A stretch of DNA of 64,000 nucleotides from a virus (IMGVR_UViG_3300011423_000006:32001-96000), one strand, 5' to 3'. Numbered from the stretch's first letter, positions 1-8,698 are shown. A program made the numbers and translations. The notes: generated by a model from the letters alone, not told the origin.

Positions 1-274
1 AATTAAAACAAGTTTCTACAATAGTAATTGTACTGGGATTTATATGTTCTCTTTTATCCGTAAACAAAATACATTCCTGATCATTACAATAAGTAATATA
101 TTTATCTGTAACCGCTTTTCTCCACCAAGTATTATTATTTTCAACCAACCATTGGTCGAATTTTTCACTTACATCTTGGTAATGATCCGAAATAAAAGCA
201 ACATCTCCGTCTCCACCTTCAGCTAAACAAGCCGTTTCTAAAAAATTAAATAAACTTTCATCATAAGTTCTCAT
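1..274 (-). CDS. hypothetical protein, partial (runs off window start)
   Basis: ATG at 274; frame MRTYDESLFNFLETACLAEGG... stays open to position 2; not in the ORF track. Confidence 0.7.
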   Translation of the reverse strand, partial: MRTYDESLFNFLETACLAEGGDGDVAFISDHYQDVSEKFDQWLVENNNTWWRKAVTDKYITYCNDQECILFTDKREHINPSTITIVETCFN

Positions 275-275
275 A

Positions 276-746
276 TTAATCCTTCTTGCAAATTAAAACT
301 TTAATATCATTATTAAAAACACTTCTGATCATTGTTTCGCAAATATTCCAATCTCCGCCCGCTAAATTACATCCCATTTTATAAGGAATTCCAACCGTCA
401 TTTTCTCCTTACCAGAACGCATGATATAATCTTTAATATATTCTAAACCATTATAATATGCTTCATAATCAGTATATCGTCTGTCCCGCCCGTAATAATA
501 CTGACCATACATATTATAAACAACTTTAATTCTGGTATCCGGTCTACGAATACAACAAAAACTGGCGGTACCTAATTTGTTTCTATCTCCTTTGATTGTT
601 TTGCAATCAGCTTCATAAACTTCAGGAAACCGCGCCCGAATATCCTTGGCAATACCCGAGCCCATTGTATTCTGGCAATTTGCCTGATGGATCAAAATGT
701 CAATCGGGGCCTCGAAAATATCTCCATTATAATATTCAACACTCAT
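276..746 (-). CDS. Macro domain (ADP-ribose / Appr-1''-p processing) protein
   Basis: GDIF...HQANC..MGSGIAK, N.YGQY and IPY.MGC.LAGGDW motifs; start moved to MSVEYY (746) because a terminator lies upstream. Confidence 0.9.
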   Translation of the reverse strand: MSVEYYNGDIFEAPIDILIHQANCQNTMGSGIAKDIRARFPEVYEADCKTIKGDRNKLGTASFCCIRRPDTRIKVVYNMYGQYYYGRDRRYTDYEAYYNGLEYIKDYIMRSGKEKMTVGIPYKMGCNLAGGDWNICETMIRSVFNNDIKVLICKKD

Positions 747-752
747 AAATTT

Positions 753-785
753 AAAAAGAGGACGGCTTACTAGCACGTAAGCCGC
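753..785 (-). terminator. intrinsic terminator
   Basis: CGGCTTAC-loop-GTAAGCCG hairpin (763-784) followed on the minus strand by TCCTCTTTTT. Confidence 0.7.
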
Positions 786-849
786 CCCGGTAATATATTT
801 AATTATATTCGAATTGTGGCATTTTATACTATAAATTAAAAAATACAAT

Positions 850-1078
850 TAGAAACTAAAATTAACCTCAAGGTCTTACTGTTAAACGACCCGTTCATTT
901 AAATTTAATGGCGAACAGGAAGGGAATTGCACCCTCATCACAGAGCATAATTCTAATTATTTTTTAACTTTCACAACTCTAGTTTTAAGCCTTCGGGTAA
1001 TAACCTGAACTTGAATGAGTTAACTTAACCCTTAGCTTGAGCTTGGATCGTTAGGGCATCGCCCCAAACATACCCGAA
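850..1078 (-). ncRNA. circularly permuted tRNA-like RNA with an upstream hexamer-repeat domain
   Basis: Minus strand order: T-arm GAGGG-TGCAATT-CCCTT (936-920), acceptor 3' strand CCTGTTC+G+CCA (919-909), 12-nt linker, acceptor 5' strand GAACGGG (896-890), D-arm GTTT-AACAGTA-AGAC; 11-bp closing stem; upstream 8-bp stem TTCGGGTA/TACCCGAA encloses AAGCTC/AAGTT-like repeats. Confidence 0.75.
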
Positions 1079-1079
1079 A

Positions 1080-1823
1080 TTATTCCTTAAATACAAAATC
1101 CAATAACTTTTTACCAATTTGAGCGGTTGAGTCCACTACAACTTCATTGGCGCGAGAACGGGCCGAACGAATTGCCCGCACTAAAATATCAATACGAGAC
1201 AAAATATTGGCCTTCTCCAAAGGCGTAATCATTCCAGACCATTCTTGCTCGGTAATCTTACCTACCGGCACATCCTCAGAAACAATCTCCGTTTGGGCCG
1301 GATGTTCTTTAGTCGCCTCATACTTAACTAAAACTCTATTAGTTTTCTTGGTCCGAATCTTGTTAATATCGCGAGCAACATACACCCCCTGATTTGCGTC
1401 CATCGTAAACCCTTTAGTTGGGTCCAAAGTTGGAATATGATGGGCTAATTGCTGAACTTCATTTACCCTCTTTTCCAATTCAAGCAAAGAAGTAGCCGGA
1501 ACATCCTTCGCTAAAATATCTCCACCTTCCAAAATAATATCAGCTTTAGCAACAGTGTTTGCTTTAGCTACTTGAAAACCCGCGTCAATAGCTTTGGCAA
1601 TATGGTCCGAAATCCATTTTAATTCCTTGACAACAGTAGTTTGAATGTCTAATTGTTGTTCGATAACCGGCGCAATTTTTTCGTCAGTAGGAAAAAAGGT
1701 AGTAATCTTCTTTTCCATTAAATGGCGCTTTTTCTCGAAAGTGTTTTGTAACTCGGCGCGGCATTTATTTGCCTGAGTCTCCAAATTTCCTTCGACCGCT
1801 AATAGTTCATGTAGTTTTCCCAT
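1080..1823 (-). CDS. conserved uncharacterised helical protein (MGKLHELLAVE...ATKEHPAQ), immediately upstream of the tRNA-like RNA
   Basis: 247-aa ORF from ATG 1823; sigma70-like promoter just upstream; from memory resembles an uncharacterised bacterial/phage family (not verified). Confidence 0.85.
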   Translation of the reverse strand: MGKLHELLAVEGNLETQANKCRAELQNTFEKKRHLMEKKITTFFPTDEKIAPVIEQQLDIQTTVVKELKWISDHIAKAIDAGFQVAKANTVAKADIILEGGDILAKDVPATSLLELEKRVNEVQQLAHHIPTLDPTKGFTMDANQGVYVARDINKIRTKKTNRVLVKYEATKEHPAQTEIVSEDVPVGKITEQEWSGMITPLEKANILSRIDILVRAIRSARSRANEVVVDSTAQIGKKLLDFVFKE

Positions 1824-1831
1824 ATATTTTA

Positions 1832-1859
1832 ATATTAAACCGAATCTCAATTAAATCAA
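1832..1859 (-). promoter_or_regulatory. sigma70-like promoter
   Basis: TTGATT-16nt-TAATAT, 8 nt before ATG 1823. Confidence 0.55.
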
Positions 1860-1874
1860 GAGTTATTTTCGTCT

Positions 1875-2396
1875 TTATTTCTTAATCATCGCCTCAATCA
1901 ATGGCTTCAATTTAGGAATTAACTTTAATTGTATAGCCTGATCGAAAGGATAAAGTATCCAATCTGTATGCTTGTGCGGCTCGGTATTTCTAGGCACTTC
2001 TCCCGGTCTCAACCAAACTTTGTAAATATATTCAATTTTTGCCGTAGGCTCTTTGTCGCTTACTTCCGCTAATTCATAACGATTATCTTGAAAAATATCA
2101 AGCCCCGTTTCCTCTAAAAGTTCACGCTTTGCGCCCTCCAATGGATTTTTCAATTCATCGCCCTCTAATTTACCACCGGGAACGCAATAATAATCCTTAT
2201 ACGTGCGGCACGTTTCCAACCGCTTGGATAAAAATACCTTATTTAAATCTTTAATTGCTATAATACAAACCGTCGCCTCATAAAGCTTAACATTATCTTC
2301 GTTAACTACGGCGGGCTCTACTTTAAATGGATTGGCCGTTTTAAAATTTAACAAATCAATTAATTCTTGGGCCGCGCCCTCAAAAAATAATTTCAT
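1875..2396 (-). CDS. Nudix hydrolase
   Basis: Nudix box PGGKLE.....EGAKRELLEETGL. Confidence 0.92.
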   Translation of the reverse strand: MKLFFEGAAQELIDLLNFKTANPFKVEPAVVNEDNVKLYEATVCIIAIKDLNKVFLSKRLETCRTYKDYYCVPGGKLEGDELKNPLEGAKRELLEETGLDIFQDNRYELAEVSDKEPTAKIEYIYKVWLRPGEVPRNTEPHKHTDWILYPFDQAIQLKLIPKLKPLIEAMIKK

Positions 2397-2644
2397 ATTT
2401 TACTATTTTCTTGAATATAATTCGCTAATTTTAAAGCATCTTCCTTGGTCAACATAATATCGTCCCCCCAAGGATTACCGGTTTTAATAATTTCCCATAT
2501 CCAACGAATACGATTCTGCCAACTTAAAACCCCGTTACGTCCCCTTTGCCAAATAGTGATATTACAATCCTTAAATTCTTCATCATATTGACACTCCAAC
2601 ATTGACCCATAACATTGGCATTTTAAATAAATAGGCTCTTTCAT
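2393..2644 (-). CDS. hypothetical protein
   Basis: ORF with ATGA-type overlaps to its neighbours. Confidence 0.75.
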   Translation of the reverse strand: MKEPIYLKCQCYGSMLECQYDEEFKDCNITIWQRGRNGVLSWQNRIRWIWEIIKTGNPWGDDIMLTKEDALKLANYIQENSKI

Positions 2645-2829
2645 TTCGGATTCCTAATATCGAATATATCTACTCTAACCAACATCGTTCCTTTACGCAA
2701 TAAAAAAGTATCGGGGTCAATTACTTCTAAAACTTCTCCAAACCATTCCTCATCGTTTTTAACCACCATTACGGTTTTACCAAGCAAACGCGCATTTACT
2801 TCCATTCTTTCTTGCTCTTTTTCTGTCAT
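2641..2829 (-). CDS. small hypothetical protein (SH3/Sm-like beta fold possible)
   Basis: 62-aa ORF with coupled overlaps; LLGKTVMV...GEVLEV pattern. Confidence 0.7.
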   Translation of the reverse strand: MTEKEQERMEVNARLLGKTVMVVKNDEEWFGEVLEVIDPDTFLLRKGTMLVRVDIFDIRNPK

Positions 2830-3125
2830 ACTGGCACTACATCATTAATTTTAAGATTTTTAATTAATTCCAACTCTTTTGTAAAATATTTTGTTTTTTC
2901 TTCTATTACTAATTTAAAAATTTTTTCCGCGTCTTTCTCGGAAATAGATTCATGTCCACCTACAGAATTGCAAGTCATACACCAATTTTGTTCTGCTTCA
3001 TCAAAACAAATCATCGGATCGTAAGGATCAATGCCCCCGCAATGTTCGCACCAAGAATCTTTACAAATTTTAATATAAATTTTAGGTAATATTTTGGGCA
3101 ACGTTTTCTCAGTGAATATTTTCAT
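2826..3125 (-). CDS. hypothetical protein with two CxxC pairs
   Basis: CEHC and CMTC. Confidence 0.7.
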   Translation of the reverse strand: MKIFTEKTLPKILPKIYIKICKDSWCEHCGGIDPYDPMICFDEAEQNWCMTCNSVGGHESISEKDAEKIFKLVIEEKTKYFTKELELIKNLKINDVVPV

Positions 3126-3127
3126 AA

Positions 3128-3586
3128 TTAGAAGTATCGATTAACAGTGTTTTCTAAAATTGCTACTAAATCTTCGCTCATATTAAACCGAGTTTTATTA
3201 TGCTCAATGGATTTATGAATATTACCATTCTTGTTCCGCTTTGTCGCCGCGCTCCAATCGGCTAACATTTCAACAACATCTAAAATATCCATTCCCCGGA
3301 TTCCTGAACTGAAATGTTCAGGATGGTGACGGTTCTTGGAATAATGATGATCAATCGCGGGCTTTACTTTTTCTAATAATTTCTTATATTCCTCGGACCC
3401 ATATTCTACTTTCCCTAATTCGCCCCCATATTCGCCAAATATTTCCTGTTCGGGACTTTGTAATTTACTCGCATCATGGTCTTTGGCTCGTTGAATCAAA
3501 TCCGTAATAAAAATATAAAGATTCGCCCGAACATCATCTATATGTTTTATTGTCTCTAGATTGTTATTTAAGATTTTCTCGTTCAT
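3128..3586 (-). CDS. HD-like phage protein (DUF5662-like)
   Basis: HDASK, HHY..NRHHPEH and EMLADW motifs. Confidence 0.8.
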   Translation of the reverse strand: MNEKILNNNLETIKHIDDVRANLYIFITDLIQRAKDHDASKLQSPEQEIFGEYGGELGKVEYGSEEYKKLLEKVKPAIDHHYSKNRHHPEHFSSGIRGMDILDVVEMLADWSAATKRNKNGNIHKSIEHNKTRFNMSEDLVAILENTVNRYF

Positions 3587-3600
3587 ATTTAAAGTATAAT

Positions 3601-4164
3601 CTATTTCTCCGCCAAACTCAAGTCATTATTTAAAACCAATTCTACGTTCTTTTCCTCGATAAACACTCCGCATCCCTCTATTTTTAAACAGTTGTCATCA
3701 GGATAAACTTCTAATAAAACATGAGATTTGACGTTTTCTAAATAGGCAGGGCAATAATCATATTCACCCCAATAATCATAACCGCCGCTTCCTGATTGAT
3801 AAACACCGGTACGAACCACCTTTTTAGTAAAAACCCTAAAAATTTGATTTAAACATTCCTCTTTCCTCTCGACAAAAATTTTCCGTTCCGACCCTCCAAA
3901 ACCACGCTTCTTTACCGTCCGATATGCTAATCTATAAATAATATCATCATACCAATCCGCCTCATTCGTATTTAATAAAAATTCACTAGGTCCAGCCCCC
4001 AAACCAAAAGTATTTAAAAAATCTCTAATTAATTTAATTTGGTCTGGATTATTTCTAATTTCATCTACAACTATTTGCGGCGTAAGTGAATAACCCACCC
4101 TCGTCATAAACTCAGGATTAATAATTCTTACTTTATCTCCCGCTTTAAATACATGTTTTTTCAT
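3601..4164 (-). CDS. hypothetical protein
   Basis: 187-aa ORF; FKAGDKVRI N-terminus typical of phage proteins. Confidence 0.75.
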   Translation of the reverse strand: MKKHVFKAGDKVRIINPEFMTRVGYSLTPQIVVDEIRNNPDQIKLIRDFLNTFGLGAGPSEFLLNTNEADWYDDIIYRLAYRTVKKRGFGGSERKIFVERKEECLNQIFRVFTKKVVRTGVYQSGSGGYDYWGEYDYCPAYLENVKSHVLLEVYPDDNCLKIEGCGVFIEEKNVELVLNNDLSLAEK

Positions 4165-4760
4165 AACACTCTCGCGGGACTATAAATTTCCATTGTATTT
4201 AAATCAATATGAAAACTATTTTTATCACCTTTTTGTTTAATAAATTTTCTCATTGTATCCATTGTGCCGCCGTCTTTTAACAGGTCTTTTTCTCCAAAAG
4301 TCAAAGCAATTAAATAATCAGAATCCCGCGCCACCAAACTATTTCGCTCAAAAAATCCATTGCTCACTGTAATTTCCGCCCCTTTTCTAATCACTTCTCC
4401 AATTTGTCTCAACGACTTCCATTCATAAGCAGAAACCTTTTCACTAAATTTTAAATGATAATAATTGGCTGTTTTCGCTGTTTGGTCGCCTTCAAAATAT
4501 CCCAATTCTAAACTAAACTTACATGGTAAATGTAAAAGCAAATTATTAGCATATTGTCTGTAATATAAAGAAACTGCAATATGATCTGCCCAACCCGCGC
4601 CCCCCGAAACCAACGTTAAATTACCATCAAAACCCGAAATATTAAAAATCAAAGAATCAATGACTGATTGTGTCGCCGCCCTCATTTGCTCCCATTTTTC
4701 TTGATCCAGTTTGGCCGAGTCCGAGCCTCGACCAGCGCTCCCTATGATTCCTATATTCAT
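4161..4760 (-). CDS. SLOG superfamily protein
   Basis: IGIIGSAGR, VSGGAGWAD, FERNSLVA and GGT.DT motifs. Confidence 0.75.
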   Translation of the reverse strand: MNIGIIGSAGRGSDSAKLDQEKWEQMRAATQSVIDSLIFNISGFDGNLTLVSGGAGWADHIAVSLYYRQYANNLLLHLPCKFSLELGYFEGDQTAKTANYYHLKFSEKVSAYEWKSLRQIGEVIRKGAEITVSNGFFERNSLVARDSDYLIALTFGEKDLLKDGGTMDTMRKFIKQKGDKNSFHIDLNTMEIYSPARVL

Positions 4761-5335
4761 TAATATTTAAAACGAAAAATATTCTTATAAATCCAAACTG
4801 CTTTACTATGTCCCAAAAACCAAAAAAGTAAACACAAAACCCCTCGTTTGATTAAAAATATACCCTCTTGCTTATAATTTAAAGCTAACTGATTAGCCAG
4901 AACATGACACCGCCGCACAAATTGATTTTCAAGCCCCTTTCCCTTCTGAATATGATCTTTATATTTATGAAAAAGCAAAGCTATATTCGTGGACTTAGAA
5001 TAAGTTTTGTAACCAAATTCCCGTTCTTGCTCAGAATTACAATACCAATCGCAAATTGCCCCATTATCAGGAGTAGAAAATTTAAAAGTTTCAATATTTT
5101 TAGCTTGAAGTAGTCGAATAATTTCAGGGCGAATAAAATCAAATAATCCACCATCATCTATCCAAGTAATTTCTACATAAGGCTCAAAAAAATACCATTT
5201 TTCCTCTACCGCATATTTCTTTAAAATACCAAAAACATCTTGAATCAACTCAATATATTGCGTGCAACTCTTAAAATTATCATGATAATCAATCCCCTCA
5301 CCCCCAAAAGTAACTCTATAATTATTGATTCTCAT
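4760..5335 (-). CDS. hypothetical protein
   Basis: long ORF; ATG 5335 overlaps the upstream TGA. Confidence 0.7.
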   Translation of the reverse strand: MRINNYRVTFGGEGIDYHDNFKSCTQYIELIQDVFGILKKYAVEEKWYFFEPYVEITWIDDGGLFDFIRPEIIRLLQAKNIETFKFSTPDNGAICDWYCNSEQEREFGYKTYSKSTNIALLFHKYKDHIQKGKGLENQFVRRCHVLANQLALNYKQEGIFLIKRGVLCLLFWFLGHSKAVWIYKNIFRFKY

Positions 5336-5784
5336 AAAAGACATTTCCAAACTTTTTTCGCCACCGGATTAATCCAAATAAATCCTCGCTTCTTTTCAAC
5401 TAATTGTTGCAAAACATTATGCGTGCCGCCTTTATTCCCGTCCCAAACAATAATAGCCATATCCGCCCGCTCGACCATCCAACTATTTTTAACATCTTTA
5501 TGTTCAGCCGCCGCCTCAATCATTTGCTGCCGATTCCACTTATCAGCGTCCAACATGTATTCATCTTGCCCCTCGAAAGGCACGCACGCAATATAAGGAA
5601 TATCTAAAAAATTACAAGCTTCGCAAAACCATAAATCTACCCCATCGGCCATCCCTGAATAACACAATAATTGACCAACAGAATCATTAATATTTTTTAA
5701 AGCAATTTCGATTTGCTCTTTAATCCAACGATAATCGTAATTCTCTAATTTAGACCGGCGATGCCCCGAAATCATTAATCTCAT
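5332..5784 (-). CDS. SLOG family protein (YspA/DUF1273-like)
   Basis: ISGHR, SGMADGVD, VPFEGQ, N.WMV and VWDG..GGT motifs. Confidence 0.85.
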   Translation of the reverse strand: MRLMISGHRRSKLENYDYRWIKEQIEIALKNINDSVGQLLCYSGMADGVDLWFCEACNFLDIPYIACVPFEGQDEYMLDADKWNRQQMIEAAAEHKDVKNSWMVERADMAIIVWDGNKGGTHNVLQQLVEKKRGFIWINPVAKKVWKCLL

Positions 5785-6203
5785 TTTATATACCCTGTAA
5801 TTTCGCCTGCGTTCCGTAATTGACCATTCTCGTCATAAAAATATCCAATAGTTCCCAAAGACCCCGGAAATTTCTTATGCTGAATAATCGCATCTTCTAA
5901 ATTCGGCGGAATGCCGGTCGTATAAAAATATTGATAATTAAGAGACGGCTTAACAATTCCATTAGTGCGATTACCTTGAAATGATCCAACAAACGGATTT
6001 TGAAAAGATACAGACTCAAATTTTAAATCATAATTTATTTCTTTTTCTTTGGTATAATAATAACGATATTCATTCTCAACTAAAGTTTTAAACTTCGCGT
6101 CTCTTTCCTCGGCGGTTGTGTAAATAAATAATTCTCCAATACAATTCTCGGGGTGCCCGGTTTCGTTCAACAATTCTTGAATTAAATATAGTTTAATTTT
6201 CAT
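5781..6203 (-). CDS. hypothetical protein
   Basis: ORF from ATG 6203, coupled to the upstream stop. Confidence 0.7.
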   Translation of the reverse strand: MKIKLYLIQELLNETGHPENCIGELFIYTTAEERDAKFKTLVENEYRYYYTKEKEINYDLKFESVSFQNPFVGSFQGNRTNGIVKPSLNYQYFYTTGIPPNLEDAIIQHKKFPGSLGTIGYFYDENGQLRNAGEITGYIK

Positions 6204-6406
6204 TCTTTTACCAGCCCAACATGCAAACCCAACCCCCAACTTTCCGATCCGGTAAATCTTGCATCGTAAGTATGATGCTTTAATTTAAGTTTTTTAGTTT
6301 GCTCCAACAAAGCTTTGTATTGATACATTTCCGCTTCCGTTTCTGGAGTAATCGTGATAACTCCAAAATCTTTTGACATAGTTGTGTCACTTAATGAAAT
6401 TTTCAT
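6200..6406 (-). CDS. hypothetical protein
   Basis: coupled ORF. Confidence 0.65.
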   Translation of the reverse strand: MKISLSDTTMSKDFGVITITPETEAEMYQYKALLEQTKKLKLKHHTYDARFTGSESWGLGLHVGLVKE

Positions 6407-6600
6407 TGGTCTACCCCCGCGTCCACTTCACTTATCCATAACTTCATATATTCCTCGGCCTCCATCCTCATTCTTTGACCATAGGAATTAATTAAATCTT
6501 CTTTTTTCACATTTATAAGTAACATTTTATTCTCAGTCGTGCAAAAAAGATTATAAAAATTTTTCCCCTTATCTGAGCTTTGTGATATTTTCCAAGGCAT
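6403..6600 (-). CDS. hypothetical protein
   Basis: coupled ORF. Confidence 0.65.
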   Translation of the reverse strand: MPWKISQSSDKGKNFYNLFCTTENKMLLINVKKEDLINSYGQRMRMEAEEYMKLWISEVDAGVDQ

Positions 6601-6629
6601 ATTTTTCCGTATGTGTTTAACTGATTTTA

Positions 6630-7925
6630 CTACTTATTTTTCCAAAGTTTCTTTAAAGCAACCTGTGAACACCGCTCGGTAAACTGAGCATTCGATAAAT
6701 TTACTGCTCCGTCCATAACTTCTTCAATATTTTCAGGAAATTCTTCTAAAATTTTCTCGGCTAACTCTCGTTTCTTAACTAAAGATAAATTCACAACTTC
6801 AACAATTCTATCTATCCGCCCCGGTCTAGATGCACCCACATCTTCAATATTAGCTAATGCACTATCCAAAGTTTCAATCTTGTTCGTGGTAACAAACAAC
6901 AAAACTCCCTCTACTGGCATCGCCCCCGAAATCACATTCAACAAACAATCGAAACTCAATCCATTTTTCAATTTAGATACATTTTCCCTTTTATTAAAAA
7001 CAGCATCAATATCTTCTAATAAAGCAATACAAGGCGACTCCGCAACAATCTTATTCCAACTCTCAATTAAATCATTATTAGTCATACTTGATAAGTCAAA
7101 TCGAAAAATTGGTAAATTAAATTTCGTCCCAATAACACGCACACAACTAGTTTTACCGGTCCCCGCTTTTCCATACAACAAATAACCACGTCGCCAAATT
7201 AAACCCTTGCTCTGATACCAATCTTTTAATCGAATCCAAGCTTCCACTTCATTATAAACGCTTTCTAGGTTTTCGTCTAGCACATAAGATTTCAAAAATG
7301 ATTGATAATCTTTACCTAAATCATCATAAGTATATTTCAGCATTCGCCCCGTCAACCAATGTAATGTATCAAGACTGAGAACATTTCCTCCCCCACCCAC
7401 TGATACCGGCGCGGCATTATCAGATTTATTAATTTGTAAAGATAAATTACGATCCCGTCCGGTAAAAGTCTCGACTCGGAAACGATTTTTATTATTTGAA
7501 ACTAAATAATTCCAATTTTCAATAGCTTGTAAAAACAATTTATCAAAATCAAGAGTTTTTCTTACAAAAAGAACTGTAACAAATCTTTCTTCATTATCAT
7601 GGTATTTTGCCAACAAAGGAACCCAACCATAAAAAAATAACTGATATTTATCACTTAATCGTTTGCTGCCAATTAAAATAGAATTGGGATGATACTTGGT
7701 TAGCCAAGCGTTTGCATGATAATTATACGTGCCTGTGTCAATCCCCTTACAATTCTGCCAAATAAAAGTAGATACCGCGCCAGCCGCAAAATCTTTTAAT
7801 TTAATCGTATTAATTATAAAACTAAAAATTCTACTAAGAGCGCCTTTAATTTGATTCCAAGCCAAACCAATCGCGCCCAATCCCGCTAAAAAGGGAAAAG
7901 CCGTTTTAAGATAAGAAAAATCCAT
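6630..7925 (-). CDS. membrane-anchored AAA+ ATPase (BCS1-like)
   Basis: N-terminal hydrophobic helix; WRRGYLLYGKAGTGKTS Walker A; LLEDID Walker B; TTN; RPGRID. Confidence 0.9.
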   Translation of the reverse strand: MDFSYLKTAFPFLAGLGAIGLAWNQIKGALSRIFSFIINTIKLKDFAAGAVSTFIWQNCKGIDTGTYNYHANAWLTKYHPNSILIGSKRLSDKYQLFFYGWVPLLAKYHDNEERFVTVLFVRKTLDFDKLFLQAIENWNYLVSNNKNRFRVETFTGRDRNLSLQINKSDNAAPVSVGGGGNVLSLDTLHWLTGRMLKYTYDDLGKDYQSFLKSYVLDENLESVYNEVEAWIRLKDWYQSKGLIWRRGYLLYGKAGTGKTSCVRVIGTKFNLPIFRFDLSSMTNNDLIESWNKIVAESPCIALLEDIDAVFNKRENVSKLKNGLSFDCLLNVISGAMPVEGVLLFVTTNKIETLDSALANIEDVGASRPGRIDRIVEVVNLSLVKKRELAEKILEEFPENIEEVMDGAVNLSNAQFTERCSQVALKKLWKNK

Positions 7926-8110
7926 TTTAAGACTTTAAATCAGTTCGTATATACCATTCCCCCCAAATAATCGCATTAAACATTGTAATCGGGGGGCCGC
8001 AACACCAAAGAAGCTTCGGCCCGAAAACTAAATAATCTAAATATCCAGCCACAATAGCCGAACCGCCGCCGAAAACCCAAAATAATAATTTAAGATAATT
8101 ATTCATAAAA

Positions 8111-8356
8111 TTAAGGAAACAAAACTATTGCTGGTTTTGCTTTTTTATAATCTTTCTCGTATGCCTCAACATCCTCGTCTACGTCATCTTGAGACAATAA
8201 ACTGATTTCATAGTCTTGTTTAAGATAACGCAACTTATTCCCAACACAAACTGTTTGAAGTTGACTATAATTATTTCCCTCGCTATCAGAGGCAACAATT
8301 ACTTCTGCATTCGGGTCGCACTCCGCTAATTCTTTTATTAAAGCTTTAACTTTCAT
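8111..8356 (-). CDS. hypothetical phage protein
   Basis: MKVKALIKEL...DSEGN pattern. Confidence 0.75.
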   Translation of the reverse strand: MKVKALIKELAECDPNAEVIVASDSEGNNYSQLQTVCVGNKLRYLKQDYEISLLSQDDVDEDVEAYEKDYKKAKPAIVLFP

Positions 8357-8520
8357 GAATTTGTTAATACCCTAAGCATTTCTTTTTGAAGTTGATCTAA
8401 ATTGCGTCTCAAATTAGAAGCTAAAATAGACAATTCGGTTTGCTGATGCGAAGACGGAAACTTTTCTATTTCATAACAAACTTCCGCCGCATCATTTACT
8501 AATTCTTCTAGAGTTTTCAT
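8353..8520 (-). CDS. small hypothetical protein (55 aa)
   Basis: MKTLEELVND...; TGA overlaps the next ATG; below the ORF-track cutoff. Confidence 0.6.
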   Translation of the reverse strand: MKTLEELVNDAAEVCYEIEKFPSSHQQTELSILASNLRRNLDQLQKEMLRVLTNS

Positions 8521-8522
8521 AT

Positions 8523-8696
8523 TTATTTACAAAGTTCCTTGTATTTCCATTCGATTTCTTCTAATTCTTTAATTCGTTTTTTATAAAACTTCTCGGCGGC
8601 TTCCCACCCCGCGAACCAAGATGATTCATAATCAGGTTCTTCCTCACCGCAAGATTTAATAAATTGACTAAATTTAACTTGGGCCTTGTTCCTCAT
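8523..8696 (-). CDS. small hypothetical protein (57 aa)
   Basis: MRNKAQVKF...WFAGWEAA...; fills the gap after thyA. Confidence 0.6.
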   Translation of the reverse strand: MRNKAQVKFSQFIKSCGEEEPDYESSWFAGWEAAEKFYKKRIKELEEIEWKYKELCK

Positions 8697-8698
8697 AA

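Noticed and set aside
747-848. N-terminal extension of the Macro ORF in the ORF track
   Set aside because: It overlaps a terminator hairpin; Macro homology starts at MSVEYYNGDIF (746).
850-960. canonical tRNA or two-piece tmRNA
   Set aside because: The halves are in permuted order with no anticodon loop. The acceptor lacks the alanine G3-U70 identity, and a true D-stem is present, unlike tmRNA.
7940-8106. small minus-strand membrane ORF (MNNYLKLLFWVFGGG...)
   Set aside because: The start is plausible, but the frame is ambiguous around G/C homopolymers, so the boundaries cannot be supported.
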